Origin: Alkalispirochaeta sp.
Lineage (GTDB): Bacteria > Spirochaetota > Spirochaetia > DSM-27196 > Alkalispirochaetaceae
Length of the DNA stretch: 64,000 nucleotides
Direction of reading: 5' to 3'
Assembly: GCA_965601925.1 (NCBI GenBank)
Contig: OZ271854.1
Location: 1 to 64,000, forward strand
A program made the translations under genes and the position numbers. Below the pieces are notes generated by a model. The model worked only from the letters and a program-made list of their open reading frames with translations. It was not told where the DNA came from and ran no database searches. Shown in pieces: positions 49,711 to 59,650 of this stretch (position 1 is its first letter; each line of letters opens with the position of its first letter).

Positions 49711-50304
49711 TTACCGCAAGCGAGGGAGGACCGTCAGTATCGCGTCGCACATCGCGCGATGCTCCACCGGTCGTAGACGAGACGATAGGCTCCGGGGTGT
49801 ATCTCCTCCGACGACCGGCACCGACCGCTGGAGAATGATGTCACCGGTATCGGTACCGGCATCGACATAGTGAACGGTACATCCGCTCCGTACGGCCCCG
49901 GAGGCGATGACTGCGCGATGGACGTGGTCCCCGTACATGCCCCGACCGCCGAAATCGGGGAGTAGCGACGGATGGATGTTGATCATCCTACGGCGGAAAC
50001 GCGTCAAAAGGGGCTCACCTACGATCGAGAGAAAGCCGGCCAGCACAACCAGGCGCGTCGAGTCGGGGATCACCTCCCCCAGACGGGTGGAGAACTCGGA
50101 TCGATGAACCCGACGGTCAACCACGGCGGTAGGGATGCCCACCGTCTCCGCACGCGTTAACGCATGCACATCCGGGCGGTCCGAGGCTACCACATCGATG
50201 CGGCACGGGAGCTCACCCCGATCGACGGCGTCGATGATCGCCTGCAGGGTCGTGCCGGAGCCGGAGGCGAGGACGCTCAACGGCACGGGCGCGTCACGGT
50301 TCAC
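49711..50304 (-). CDS. purN: Phosphoribosylglycinamide formyltransferase
   Basis: SGSGTTLQAI, LAGFL, INIHPSLLP and GCTVHYVD motifs; GTGA overlap with purM. Confidence 0.94.
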   Translation of the reverse strand: MNRDAPVPLSVLASGSGTTLQAIIDAVDRGELPCRIDVVASDRPDVHALTRAETVGIPTAVVDRRVHRSEFSTRLGEVIPDSTRLVVLAGFLSIVGEPLLTRFRRRMINIHPSLLPDFGGRGMYGDHVHRAVIASGAVRSGCTVHYVDAGTDTGDIILQRSVPVVGGDTPRSLSSRLRPVEHRAMCDAILTVLPRLR

Positions 50305-51410
50305 CGCGGGTCGAACCCCTCGACGATGAGGTCCCCTTCGACCTTCGCCGGAGCGGAGCCCGAGGCTTTCCCGGCGACCTCTCCGATCTTCCACGCCGCG
50401 ACACCCTCCTCGGCGCAGATCGAACGGACGAGGTCGACCGTGCGGGCCTCCACGGCCAGTACCATACCGAGCCCCATGTTGAACGTGCCGTACAACTCAC
50501 GTTCATCGACCGGTGCGCCGCGCAGTATTTCATACGCCTCCGGTCGCGGGACGGCGCGCCGGTCGACCACGAGTGATAACTCGCCTCGACGAACGCCCAA
50601 CAGACGCGGAATGTTCTCGAACCATCCGCCGCCGGTGATATGGGCGATCCCGGCGATCGGCGAGGAGGCCGAAATCGCCGAGACAACCGATGCGTAGATT
50701 CGTGTGGGTCGCAGCACCAGATCGCGCACCGCCCGAAGTCCGTCTTCTGCGGCGCGACCGGCCGCGCCGTCCGCCTCGGCCCGGGCATCGGGATCGTCGA
50801 GTCCGGGAACGATGCGGCGGAGCAGAGAAAACCCGTTGGCGTGAAATCCGCTCGACGCAAGACCGACGAGGGCCATCCCGGCGCGCACGAAGCGTCCGTC
50901 GACGACGGCCTCCCGCTCCACCGCACCGAGGGCGAACCCGGCAAGGTCGAACCGCCCGGGTCGATACACGCCCGGCATCTCCGCGGTCTCGCCGCCGATG
51001 AGCGCGCACCCCGCCCGCCTGCACCCGACCGCCACACCGTTGACGACCTCCGCCGCTACCGACGGGTCCAGGCGATCCACCGCTATATAGTCGAGGAAAA
51101 AGAGGGGACGTGCACCGTGGCAGATCACGTCGTTGACGCACATCGCCACCAGATCGATACCGATCGTTTCGTAACGCCCCGCCGCGCGAGCGACTTCCAC
51201 TTTGGTACCCACTCCGTCGGCGCCGGACACCAGAACCGGATCACGGTACCCGTTCAAGTGGTATAGCCCGGCGAATCCACCGAGGGAACCGAGCACCTCG
51301 GGACCGTGGGTAGACTCAACCGAGTCGCCGATATCCTCGACCAGCCGACGCCCCGCCTCGACATCGACGCCCGAGGACCGATAGTCGACTGCGTCGTCCG
51401 GTCGAGTCAC
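50301..51410 (-). CDS. purM: AIR synthase
   Basis: DGVGTK, DLVAMCVND, GGETAEMPG, HITGGG and TFNMGLG motifs. Confidence 0.96.
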   Translation of the reverse strand: MTRPDDAVDYRSSGVDVEAGRRLVEDIGDSVESTHGPEVLGSLGGFAGLYHLNGYRDPVLVSGADGVGTKVEVARAAGRYETIGIDLVAMCVNDVICHGARPLFFLDYIAVDRLDPSVAAEVVNGVAVGCRRAGCALIGGETAEMPGVYRPGRFDLAGFALGAVEREAVVDGRFVRAGMALVGLASSGFHANGFSLLRRIVPGLDDPDARAEADGAAGRAAEDGLRAVRDLVLRPTRIYASVVSAISASSPIAGIAHITGGGWFENIPRLLGVRRGELSLVVDRRAVPRPEAYEILRGAPVDERELYGTFNMGLGMVLAVEARTVDLVRSICAEEGVAAWKIGEVAGKASGSAPAKVEGDLIVEGFDPR

Positions 51411-52990
51411 GATTTACGACTCCCCGAGGTGAGCCGATCCCAATCTACCACCGCCTCGTCGGCGCCTTTCTCCACGGGTACGGCCGTAGCGAGTGTCTCG
51501 TCGGTGCCGTTGCTCCTTGCCGTCGTCTCACCGCTCATAGAGCGCTCCAACTCGTCCTTCTCCTGCTCTACCGGCGCAGCCACCGGGTAGACTCCCGTGA
51601 GACATCCGGTGCAAAAGTGGCGTGACCCGCCCAGCGACGCGTGCAGTCCCTCCAACGAGAGATAGGCGAGACTATCGGCGCCGATGTCGCGGCACACCGC
51701 GTCGGTGCCCCGCGTGCCTGCGAGCTCGTCTCGAGTCGGATAGTCCATTCCGAAGTGACACGCGTGCCGTACCGGCGGGGAGGCTATGCGAATATGAACC
51801 TCGGCCGCTCCGGCACGGCGCAACATCGCCACCAAGCGTCTCATCGTCGTCCCTCGGACGATCGAATCGTCGATGAGCACGATGCGCTTTCCCTCAATAG
51901 TGTGTCTGAGGGCGTTGAGTTTTACACTCACGGCGCGCTCCCTGAGCTCTTGAGTCGGGGCGATAAACGACCGCCCTACGTACTTGTTTTTGATGAGCGT
52001 CATCTCGTAGGGGAGGCCCGCCGCCTCGGCAAAGCCGTGGGCCGCCACGACGCCGGAGTCGGGCACTCCCGAAACGATATCGGCGTCCGCCGGCGCCTCG
52101 CGGTAGAGAATACGTCCCGCCTCAAGTCGCGAGGCGTAGACGCTGACGCCGTCGACCTCGCTGTCGGGCCGTGAGAAATAGACGAACTCGAACGAGCAGA
52201 CGCGATTCTCGGTACGTTCGTGCAGTGTGACCGACTCGATTCCGTGCGCCGAGACGATCACGATCTCTCCCGGCTCCACGTCCCGGATGCGCGTCGCGCC
52301 GACGGCGTCCAAGGCGCACGTTTCGCTCGCGACGATCGTCGCATCGCCGAGCACCCCTATCACGAGCGGTCGAATTCCTTTGGGGTCGCGCACGGCGATC
52401 AAGCGATCCTCGGTAAGCAACACCAGAGAGAAGGCGCCCTGAATCGCCCGCATAGCGTCCTGGAGCGCGCGGCGCAATCCGTGACGAGCGCTCCGCGCCA
52501 CAAGGTTGAGGATCACCTCCGAGTCACTGGTCGTCTGGAACATCACGCCCGCGTCTTCCAACAGTTCCCTGATCACCGGCGCGTTGACGAGGTTTCCGTT
52601 ATGACCGATGGCGATTTCGCCGAGGCGCGACTGCGCCATAAGGGGTTGGGCGTTGGTTATGGTGCTGGACCCGGCGGTGGAGTACCGCACGTGGCCGATC
52701 GCCGAACGCCCCGACGTTGTGTCCAACAGATCGTCGGAAAAAACCTCCGAAACCAACCCCATACCGCGATGGTGTTCCAGATGCCCGTCGGTAGAGATCA
52801 CCATACCGGCGCTCTCCTGGCCGCGGTGTTGCTGCGCGTAGAGCCCGTAATAGACGAGCCGCGCTACCGAGCGGGTCAGCGGGTCGTCCCCATCGGGTAT
52901 AAAAATGCCGAAGACGCCGCACTCCTCGCTCAAACGGTCGGAGGGGTCGTGGGCGTCGAACCAACGGCTCTCTACCGGGCTACCCGTCAC
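51407..52990 (-). CDS. purF: Amidophosphoribosyltransferase (propeptide + Fe-S type); start approximate
   Basis: EECGVFG, QHRGQE, GHVRYST and DDSIVRGTT motifs; four Fe-S cysteines (CSFE, CHFG, CTGC). Confidence 0.95.
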   Translation of the reverse strand: MTGSPVESRWFDAHDPSDRLSEECGVFGIFIPDGDDPLTRSVARLVYYGLYAQQHRGQESAGMVISTDGHLEHHRGMGLVSEVFSDDLLDTTSGRSAIGHVRYSTAGSSTITNAQPLMAQSRLGEIAIGHNGNLVNAPVIRELLEDAGVMFQTTSDSEVILNLVARSARHGLRRALQDAMRAIQGAFSLVLLTEDRLIAVRDPKGIRPLVIGVLGDATIVASETCALDAVGATRIRDVEPGEIVIVSAHGIESVTLHERTENRVCSFEFVYFSRPDSEVDGVSVYASRLEAGRILYREAPADADIVSGVPDSGVVAAHGFAEAAGLPYEMTLIKNKYVGRSFIAPTQELRERAVSVKLNALRHTIEGKRIVLIDDSIVRGTTMRRLVAMLRRAGAAEVHIRIASPPVRHACHFGMDYPTRDELAGTRGTDAVCRDIGADSLAYLSLEGLHASLGGSRHFCTGCLTGVYPVAAPVEQEKDELERSMSGETTARSNGTDETLATAVPVEKGADEAVVDWDRLTSGSRKS

Positions 52991-53807
52991 GGCGTGAATC
53001 TCCGACAACCAAAGGCGACCCGTAGGAGCGCTCATCCGTACAATGAATCGAATCGAGACGCCGGAGGATCGCGCGATAGCCGTCGAGCAGCGGCCCCAAA
53101 TCGCGCCGAAAGCGATCTTTATCGAGCCGTTCGCCGGTATGCGTGTCCCACAGGCGGCACGTGTCGGGGCTGATCTCGTCGGCCAATATGAGTCTTCCGG
53201 GACCGAGCGCTCCGTCAACCGATGTCGACGCGGCCTCCAGGCGGCCGAACTCGAGTTTGAAGTCCACCAGCTCGATACCCACGGAATCGAAGAGACGTGC
53301 GAGAATCCTCCCCACCGTAAGAGCGGTGCGTTCCATCCAGGAGATCTCGGCCCACGTGGCGGCACCGATCGCCGCGGCGTGGTGCGGACCGATCAGGGGA
53401 TCGCCCAGGGAATCGTCTTTATAACACCACTCGACCACCGTGTGCGCGAGGGGTGTCCCCTCCTCGATACCGAGACGGCGAGCCATGCTTCCGGCGACGC
53501 GATTACGCACGACTACCTCCAGCGGCACGATCCGTACCCGGCGGCACAATTGTTCCCGCTCCGAGAGGCGGCGCACGAAGTGCGTCGCGATACCCCGGGA
53601 GGCGACTTCGGCAAGCAGGACCGCGCTGAGTCGATTGTTCAGCTCCCCTTTGCCGGAGAAGACCTCATGCTTCTCACCGTTGAACGCCGTAGCGTCGTCT
53701 TTGTATTCGAAGATTACCAGATCGGGGTCGGAGGCCGCAAAAACGCGCTTCGCCTTTCCCTCGTACAACTGAGCGCCCCGGTGCGGCGCGGACGTGTCGG
53801 TGTGCAC
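52980..53807 (-). CDS. purC: SAICAR synthetase
   Basis: LYEGKAK, DDATAFNG, LVDFKLEFG, DEISPDTCRLWD and DKDRFR motifs; AAGGAGG RBS before GTG. Confidence 0.96.
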   Translation of the reverse strand: MHTDTSAPHRGAQLYEGKAKRVFAASDPDLVIFEYKDDATAFNGEKHEVFSGKGELNNRLSAVLLAEVASRGIATHFVRRLSEREQLCRRVRIVPLEVVVRNRVAGSMARRLGIEEGTPLAHTVVEWCYKDDSLGDPLIGPHHAAAIGAATWAEISWMERTALTVGRILARLFDSVGIELVDFKLEFGRLEAASTSVDGALGPGRLILADEISPDTCRLWDTHTGERLDKDRFRRDLGPLLDGYRAILRRLDSIHCTDERSYGSPLVVGDSRRDG

Positions 53808-53906
53808 GGTCTCCCTCCTTACAGGTACCGTAGGATCGGGAGCCGAACGGTGGAAACACTCCACACCTACAACGGCGAAACGCGTGTGTGGGAGATGGAT
53901 GTTTCC

Positions 53907-53973
53907 GCCCGTAGTCGGAACGTTACGGCGTTCCGGTAGAGACTCCCGAACCGATTATCGGGGTTATACGGAC
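53907..53973 (-). ncRNA. Purine (guanine-sensing) riboswitch aptamer
   Basis: Minus strand reads GUCCGUA-UAA-CCCCGAUAAUCGGUUCGGG-AGUCUCUAC-CGGAACG-CCGUAA-CGUUCCG-AC-UACGGGC; P1/P2/P3 pair; U47, U51 and C74 equivalents present; lies upstream of purC. Confidence 0.93.
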
Positions 53974-54040
53974 TCGGTGAGTCGCCGCAGTGGCCACGGA
54001 CTACGACACACCGTATTCAAAGAACGATATCTTCGCCGTC

Positions 54041-54069
54041 AGTCTACACGGGCGACTTTCCCGTGTCCA
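54041..54069 (-). promoter_or_regulatory. Internal sigma70-type promoter for riboswitch-purCFMND
   Basis: TGGACA-17bp-TAGACT; spacer overlaps inverted repeat ACACGGG-N7-CCCGTGT (54046-54066). Confidence 0.65.
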
Positions 54070-54113
54070 TCGGAGCGCGCGATACGATCCGCAAACGCCC
54101 TCATCGTCGGCGG

Positions 54114-57100
54114 CTACCGAAAAAACGCCACGCCGCTCTCGAAGAGTTTCAACGAACCCACCGACGGAAGATTGCGATAGAGCCCCTCGCATTGCCGTTC
54201 GGTATGGCCCATCTTGCCGAGAAAGCGCCCGTCCGGGGAGAGGAGCGCCTCGATTCCACCGACCGAACCGTTGGGATTCCAGGGCCGGTCCTCGCGCACA
54301 CGAGCCTGCCGATCGACGTAACGCGCGGCGACCTGCCCCGCCGACTCCAACACCCGTACGATTTCGGGATCGCACACGAAGCGCCCTTCGCCGTGGGAAA
54401 TCGGCACCGAGACGATATCGCCGGCGTTCGACGAGGCGAGCCACGGCCCGTGCGTCGAGGTGATCTGCGTCAGCACACTTCGCGAGACGTGGTGGGCGAC
54501 GAGGTTCGGCGCGAGGGCCGGCCACCCCGCCCCTCGCTCTACGAATGAGCCGAAGGGTACCAATCCGGTGCGAACCATCGCTTGGAAGCCGTTGCATATC
54601 CCCACCATCAGTTTGTCGTCGCGAGCAAGATAGTCGCGCTCGATGACCTCACGTACCATCGGTGAGCGCAGCAGTGCGGCGATGTACTTTCCGCTACCGG
54701 CCGGTTCGTCCCCCGCCGAGAATCCGCCGGGGAGCATCACGATCTGAACGGCGGCAAGGCGCTCGGCGAGGGCGCGCAAGCTGTCGTTCAGGGCGTCCCG
54801 CGTTGCAGTCCGCACCACAAACTGCTCGCACACCGCCCCGGCGCGCTCGAAGGCCGCCGCGCCGTCGTCTTCGCAGTTGGTCCCGGAGAAGACGGGTATC
54901 AGTACCGTCGGACGACCGAAGGAAGCGGCGCTCCGGCGTCCCGTACGACGGCGGCGACGAAGCGTCGTGAGGGCGCGCTCGATGTCACCGGCGCCGGTAT
55001 CTCCTCGGTGCGCACCCGATTGCGGGCTTCGCAACACGCCCTCCTCGGACGGGAACACCTCATCGAGGGGCGCGGCCCACACTCGGTACAGAGAGTCGGT
55101 CGAGCGTGTTTCGCCGTTCCATCGAAATATCCCGTCGGTCGTCGCGACGCCGAGAAGGTGGCGACCGTCGGCGGCATCGGCGTATGCACCGGGATCGGCT
55201 TCGGCGACGTGAACGATGAAGCTGCCGTACAACGCAGTCCCTACGTCCGGGAGAGTCCCATAGTCCAGGGCGTCGTCGGGGTCGAATCCGAGATTCTCGC
55301 CGAAGCACATTTGGGCTACGGTCGCCAAGAGGCCCGCGCCGCGGACCGGCGCCGCGGCGAGGAGCTCGCCACGGCGATTCGTGGCCTCCAGCCACGTGCA
55401 ATGTCGATCGAAGGCGGTCACCGAGGGTACGCCGTCGTCTCCGACCGGCGTGTGGAGGAGATAGACCGCCCCGTCGGAAGAGACGAGGTGCGACGATACG
55501 ACGCGATCGGGAGGGCACGTGCCGACGGCGACCGAAATGAGTGTCGGCGGCACGTCGAGGTGTTCGTAGGTGCCGGACATACTGTCTTTTCCACCGATCG
55601 CAGTCACGCCGAGGTCGCGTTGCGCCGCCACCGCTCCGAGCAGGGCCGCGAGCGGCGAGCCCCATCGGTCCGGCTCGCCTCCCGGACGCGGGAAATACTC
55701 TTGGAGCGACAGCCATTGGGAGGTGCGCGGCACACCGGCGGCGGCGAGGCGCGCAACACTCTCGAGGACCGCCGTGTACGCTCCGTGCCACGGTGAGACT
55801 GAGGCGATGTCGGGATCGTATCCGTAGGAGGTCACCACGGCGGCCGCCCCGGGGTCGAGGCCGGCCGCACGGGGCAGCAAAGCCGCCATCGCGGTCGTCG
55901 GCGAGCGTTGTAGGCGGCCGGCGCCGTGGGCGAGGAGCGTCCCCGCCCCGATACTCGAATCGAACCATTCGCCGAGGGATAGCCGTGAGGCGAACCGTAG
56001 GTCGCCGAGCGTCTCCTCCAGCCGTTCCAATGCGGAACTCTGTTTCTCATTACCACGCAGCGACGGGCGGTGATCGTCGGCGATACGAATGTGTGCACGG
56101 GTCTGCGAACGCACCCCGGCGCTATCGAGAAACACCCGTTCCAGATCCACGACGACGCGCCCGCGAAACCGCATGACGAGTCGGTCTTCCGAGGTGACGC
56201 GCGCAATCGCGACCGCCTCCACGTTTTCCGCCCGCGCAAGTGCCGTGACGCGTTCACGGTCGCTCGGATCGACGACGACGGCCATACGTTCTTGACTCTC
56301 GGAGATGGCGATCTCGGTCGCGGTAAGGCCGTCGTACTTGAGGAGCACCGCGTCCAGATCGATCTCGACGCCCCGGGCTATCTCGCCGACCGCGACGGCC
56401 ACGCCGCCGGCGCCGAAATCGTTGCACCGCTTCACGAGAAGCGAGAACTCGCGTGTACGAAAGAGCCGTTGCAGGGCGCGCTCGGCGGGCGGGTTGCCTT
56501 TTTGTACCTCCGCGCCGGCAAGGTCGATGGATCGGCGCGTGTGGCTCTTGCTCGATCCGGTGGCGCCGCCGATTCCGTCCCGACCGGTGCGTCCACCGAC
56601 AAGGAGTACTACATCGCCCTCCGCCGGCTCCTCGCGCCGCACGTGAGCCTCCGGTACGGCCCCGACGACGGCTCCCATCTCCAGACGCTTGGCCTGATAA
56701 CCCGGATGGTATATCTCATCGACGAGGCCGGTCGCGACGCCGATCTGGTTGCCGTAGCTCGAATAGCCGCGCGCCGCGCCGCGGGTGATGCTGCGCTGCG
56801 AGAGCTTGCCGGGCAACGTCGGGGAGCCGATTGTCGAGCGTATCGCGCCGTCGCGCGCGTCGAGTCGACCGACACTCGTGAGGGGGCGGCGGCGCGGGTC
56901 GGCGGCGCCCGATATACGCATCGCCTGAAACACGTAAGCGCGCCCCGACAGCGGATCGCGAATGGCGCCGCCCAGGCAGGTGGCGGCGCCGCCGTACGGT
57001 TCGATCTCGGTGGGGTGGTTGTGCGTCTCGTTCTTGAACAGGAGTAACCACGGCGCGTCACCGTTCGGATGCGATCCGTCGCCTCCTATCCGCACCGTGC

Positions 57101-58103
57101 AGGCGTTGATCTCGTCGGAAAAAACGACCTCCGGTATGGCGCCGTCGTCGCGCCGCCACCTCATCATCGCCGTGGCGACGTCCATGAGTGTTATTGGACG
57201 GTGGCGCTCGCCGCGGCGTTCGCGCTCTTCGGTGAACCACTCCCACGTCCGCCGCACCGGCGCAACGAGCGGAGACGAATCGTCGTCAATCGTCACCGTC
57301 GCGAACTCGGTTCGAAATGTCGTGTGGCGACAGTGGTCGGACCAGTACGTATCGAGGACCGCGAGTTCGGTCTCGGTCGGCGCCCTTCCGCGGCGGCGAA
57401 AGTAGTCGGCGACAAAGGTACGATCGGCCTCCCCCATCGCGAGTCCGCTCGGATCACCGGTCAAAAACTCAGGAAGGAACGACGGAAGGCCCCGATCCGC
57501 AGGCTCCGCGTCCTGCCCGACGGTCACTCGCAAACGATCATCCGCGCCGGCCGAGGCCGTATCCGCCACTTGGGAGTCGACGGGATTTACCAAACGTTCA
57601 ACGAACTCGCGTCGGCGTATCTCAATCGCCTCATCGTCGCCGTATCGAAGGGCGAACACGGTCACCTCGCACACCCTCACCGTCGCCCCGTCGATATCCA
57701 AAATTCGCAACGCCTGTTCGGCGGCGTCGGCGCGCTGATCGAACTGTCCTTTGTGATACTCGACGGGAATCCACACGACCGTTCGTCGCCGGTTACGCGA
57801 AGCGTCGGTGATATCGCCTTTGATCGGGTCGGCGGTTTCACGGCCTCCCTCGGCAAATACCTCATCGGGTTGGACGAGGACCACCTCTTGTGCCGGATCG
57901 GCAAAGACCGTGCTCATGGCCTCATGGATGCGCCCGTCGGGAACACCCGAGACGTCGTAACGCCTGAGCACGCGCGCCTCCTCGTCGCCGTGAAGAAGCC
58001 CTTCGTCGCGAAACTCAGCGGTGATACGCGAAGAGAGGACATCGAAGTCGGGCCGCGGCGCAACGTAGACTCGCCGTACGCGAGCCGTAGCGCGTTTGCT
58101 CAC
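54114..58103 (-). CDS. purL: Large single-chain FGAM synthase (clostridial-type PurL with fused glutaminase)
   Basis: GQFDQRAD, DTYWSDHCRH, KNETHNHPTEIEP, CNDFGAGG, GGKDSMSG, GICNGFQ, SHGEG and GKMGHTER motifs; GTGA overlap with purB. Confidence 0.95.
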   Translation of the reverse strand: MSKRATARVRRVYVAPRPDFDVLSSRITAEFRDEGLLHGDEEARVLRRYDVSGVPDGRIHEAMSTVFADPAQEVVLVQPDEVFAEGGRETADPIKGDITDASRNRRRTVVWIPVEYHKGQFDQRADAAEQALRILDIDGATVRVCEVTVFALRYGDDEAIEIRRREFVERLVNPVDSQVADTASAGADDRLRVTVGQDAEPADRGLPSFLPEFLTGDPSGLAMGEADRTFVADYFRRRGRAPTETELAVLDTYWSDHCRHTTFRTEFATVTIDDDSSPLVAPVRRTWEWFTEERERRGERHRPITLMDVATAMMRWRRDDGAIPEVVFSDEINACTVRIGGDGSHPNGDAPWLLLFKNETHNHPTEIEPYGGAATCLGGAIRDPLSGRAYVFQAMRISGAADPRRRPLTSVGRLDARDGAIRSTIGSPTLPGKLSQRSITRGAARGYSSYGNQIGVATGLVDEIYHPGYQAKRLEMGAVVGAVPEAHVRREEPAEGDVVLLVGGRTGRDGIGGATGSSKSHTRRSIDLAGAEVQKGNPPAERALQRLFRTREFSLLVKRCNDFGAGGVAVAVGEIARGVEIDLDAVLLKYDGLTATEIAISESQERMAVVVDPSDRERVTALARAENVEAVAIARVTSEDRLVMRFRGRVVVDLERVFLDSAGVRSQTRAHIRIADDHRPSLRGNEKQSSALERLEETLGDLRFASRLSLGEWFDSSIGAGTLLAHGAGRLQRSPTTAMAALLPRAAGLDPGAAAVVTSYGYDPDIASVSPWHGAYTAVLESVARLAAAGVPRTSQWLSLQEYFPRPGGEPDRWGSPLAALLGAVAAQRDLGVTAIGGKDSMSGTYEHLDVPPTLISVAVGTCPPDRVVSSHLVSSDGAVYLLHTPVGDDGVPSVTAFDRHCTWLEATNRRGELLAAAPVRGAGLLATVAQMCFGENLGFDPDDALDYGTLPDVGTALYGSFIVHVAEADPGAYADAADGRHLLGVATTDGIFRWNGETRSTDSLYRVWAAPLDEVFPSEEGVLRSPQSGAHRGDTGAGDIERALTTLRRRRRTGRRSAASFGRPTVLIPVFSGTNCEDDGAAAFERAGAVCEQFVVRTATRDALNDSLRALAERLAAVQIVMLPGGFSAGDEPAGSGKYIAALLRSPMVREVIERDYLARDDKLMVGICNGFQAMVRTGLVPFGSFVERGAGWPALAPNLVAHHVSRSVLTQITSTHGPWLASSNAGDIVSVPISHGEGRFVCDPEIVRVLESAGQVAARYVDRQARVREDRPWNPNGSVGGIEALLSPDGRFLGKMGHTERQCEGLYRNLPSVGSLKLFESGVAFFR

Positions 58104-59539
58104 GACAGCTGTCCCCGCAACGCCGCGAGCGCAGCCTTGTGACGTGTGCAGATATCGCGCGCTCGTTCCGCCGCGCGACCGGTGTAGCGCGTCGGATCGG
58201 CAAAGAAGCGCTCCGGATCGTCGCCGGTTAGACGTCCGTACGTATCGGCTACGGTAGTCCACAGCTCCGTATCCTCACGAGCGGCATCCAAGACGGTTCG
58301 GCCCTCCTCGTCGGCACGAAGCGTCAATCGACGTACCCGTTCGTGGGCGTCCTGCACGCCGGCGGCGGCCAAAAGAATGTAGAGCGGCTCAGCAACGACA
58401 CGCTCGGCGCCCGCGGCCACATTGCGCATCACTCCCTCGCGATCGATGGATAGGCGCGCGAGAATGCGTCGCATCCGCTCCGCGGCGGCGACGAATCCGG
58501 CGACGAACTCCACGATAAAGCGACTCGAGGCGGAGTTGGAGAGGTCGCGCTGGTGCTCGGAGATCTGATCCATGAACCACGTGACGCTCCGTGGCGCAAA
58601 CGCCTTCCACAAACTCTTGACGTGCTCGGCGTTCCACGGATTGCGCTTGTGCGGCATGGTGGAGCTCCCGACCTGCCCCTCGGCAAAATACTCGGCGACC
58701 TCGCCGATCTCCGAACGTTGGAGATGGCGCAAATCGTCGGCGAGGTTTGCAATGATACCGAACGCGGTATTGAGCTCCAACAGAAGGCGCAGGAGGGGTT
58801 CGGGGCTCACGATCTGGGTCGCGTGCTCGCCCGGCTCCACGCCCAGGTCGGAGAGAACCTCGCGCTCGAGAGAGACCGGATCGGGATGGAGCACGGACGT
58901 AGCGTTGTAGGCGCCGACCGCTCCGGCGAGCTTGCCCCGAAGATCACGACTGCGCGCATCGATCTCAGCAATGGATTGTCCGAGACGCGAGACGTACTCT
59001 GAGAGTGCGAATCCGACGGTAATCGGCACCGCGTACTGGCCGTGTGTGCGTCCGATCGAGACCGTCTCGGCGTGCGTCTCGGCGAGGCCGATCAACAGCT
59101 CCTCTACATCGGCCAGCAGCGGAAGCACGACGGTTCGAATCGCCTCCCGATAGCGAACGGCCGCTGCAGTGTCGAGTATATCGACGGATGTCGCGCCGAG
59201 GTGCACCAGGTGGCGTATCTCCGGCGGTAGGTGGCGCTGGATGACGTTGACGATCGCGCGGATGTTGTGTCTCGTCGTCTCTTCCTCGCGGTAGACTTCA
59301 TCCGCCTCTATGCGCCCTTCCAAGGCGTCGACGGCGGCCAGATACTCGTCCCGGCGCGGGTCGTCTTTCAAGAGATGGAGAATTAACCGTCTGAGAAGCG
59401 CCGCCTCGACGCGGACGCACTGTCCCACGGCAGCCTCCTCGCTCAAGAGGTCGGCGAGACGATCGAAGAGCGCCTCGTTGGCGAGACGATAGCGGTGGTC
59501 CAGGGGCGACAAGTTACGAAAGATGGTATGGGCCTGCAT
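58100..59539 (-). CDS. purB: Adenylosuccinate lyase
   Basis: HLGATSVDI, GRTHGQ and GSSTMPHKRNP signature. Confidence 0.95.
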   Translation of the reverse strand: MQAHTIFRNLSPLDHRYRLANEALFDRLADLLSEEAAVGQCVRVEAALLRRLILHLLKDDPRRDEYLAAVDALEGRIEADEVYREEETTRHNIRAIVNVIQRHLPPEIRHLVHLGATSVDILDTAAAVRYREAIRTVVLPLLADVEELLIGLAETHAETVSIGRTHGQYAVPITVGFALSEYVSRLGQSIAEIDARSRDLRGKLAGAVGAYNATSVLHPDPVSLEREVLSDLGVEPGEHATQIVSPEPLLRLLLELNTAFGIIANLADDLRHLQRSEIGEVAEYFAEGQVGSSTMPHKRNPWNAEHVKSLWKAFAPRSVTWFMDQISEHQRDLSNSASSRFIVEFVAGFVAAAERMRRILARLSIDREGVMRNVAAGAERVVAEPLYILLAAAGVQDAHERVRRLTLRADEEGRTVLDAAREDTELWTTVADTYGRLTGDDPERFFADPTRYTGRAAERARDICTRHKAALAALRGQLS

Positions 59540-59650
59540 GACGCATCATGGTGAGGCATCGCACACTTTGTAAAGACCGCGACCGCCGCGCTCACGGTTA
59601 AACATCTCGTTAAAATATCGCGAAGGTGTTGCCGATGGGCGACGGAGGTG

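Noticed and set aside
54046..54066. Hairpin after purL as an intrinsic terminator
   Set aside because: No U-tract on the minus strand, and it coincides with the promoter spacer; role unresolved
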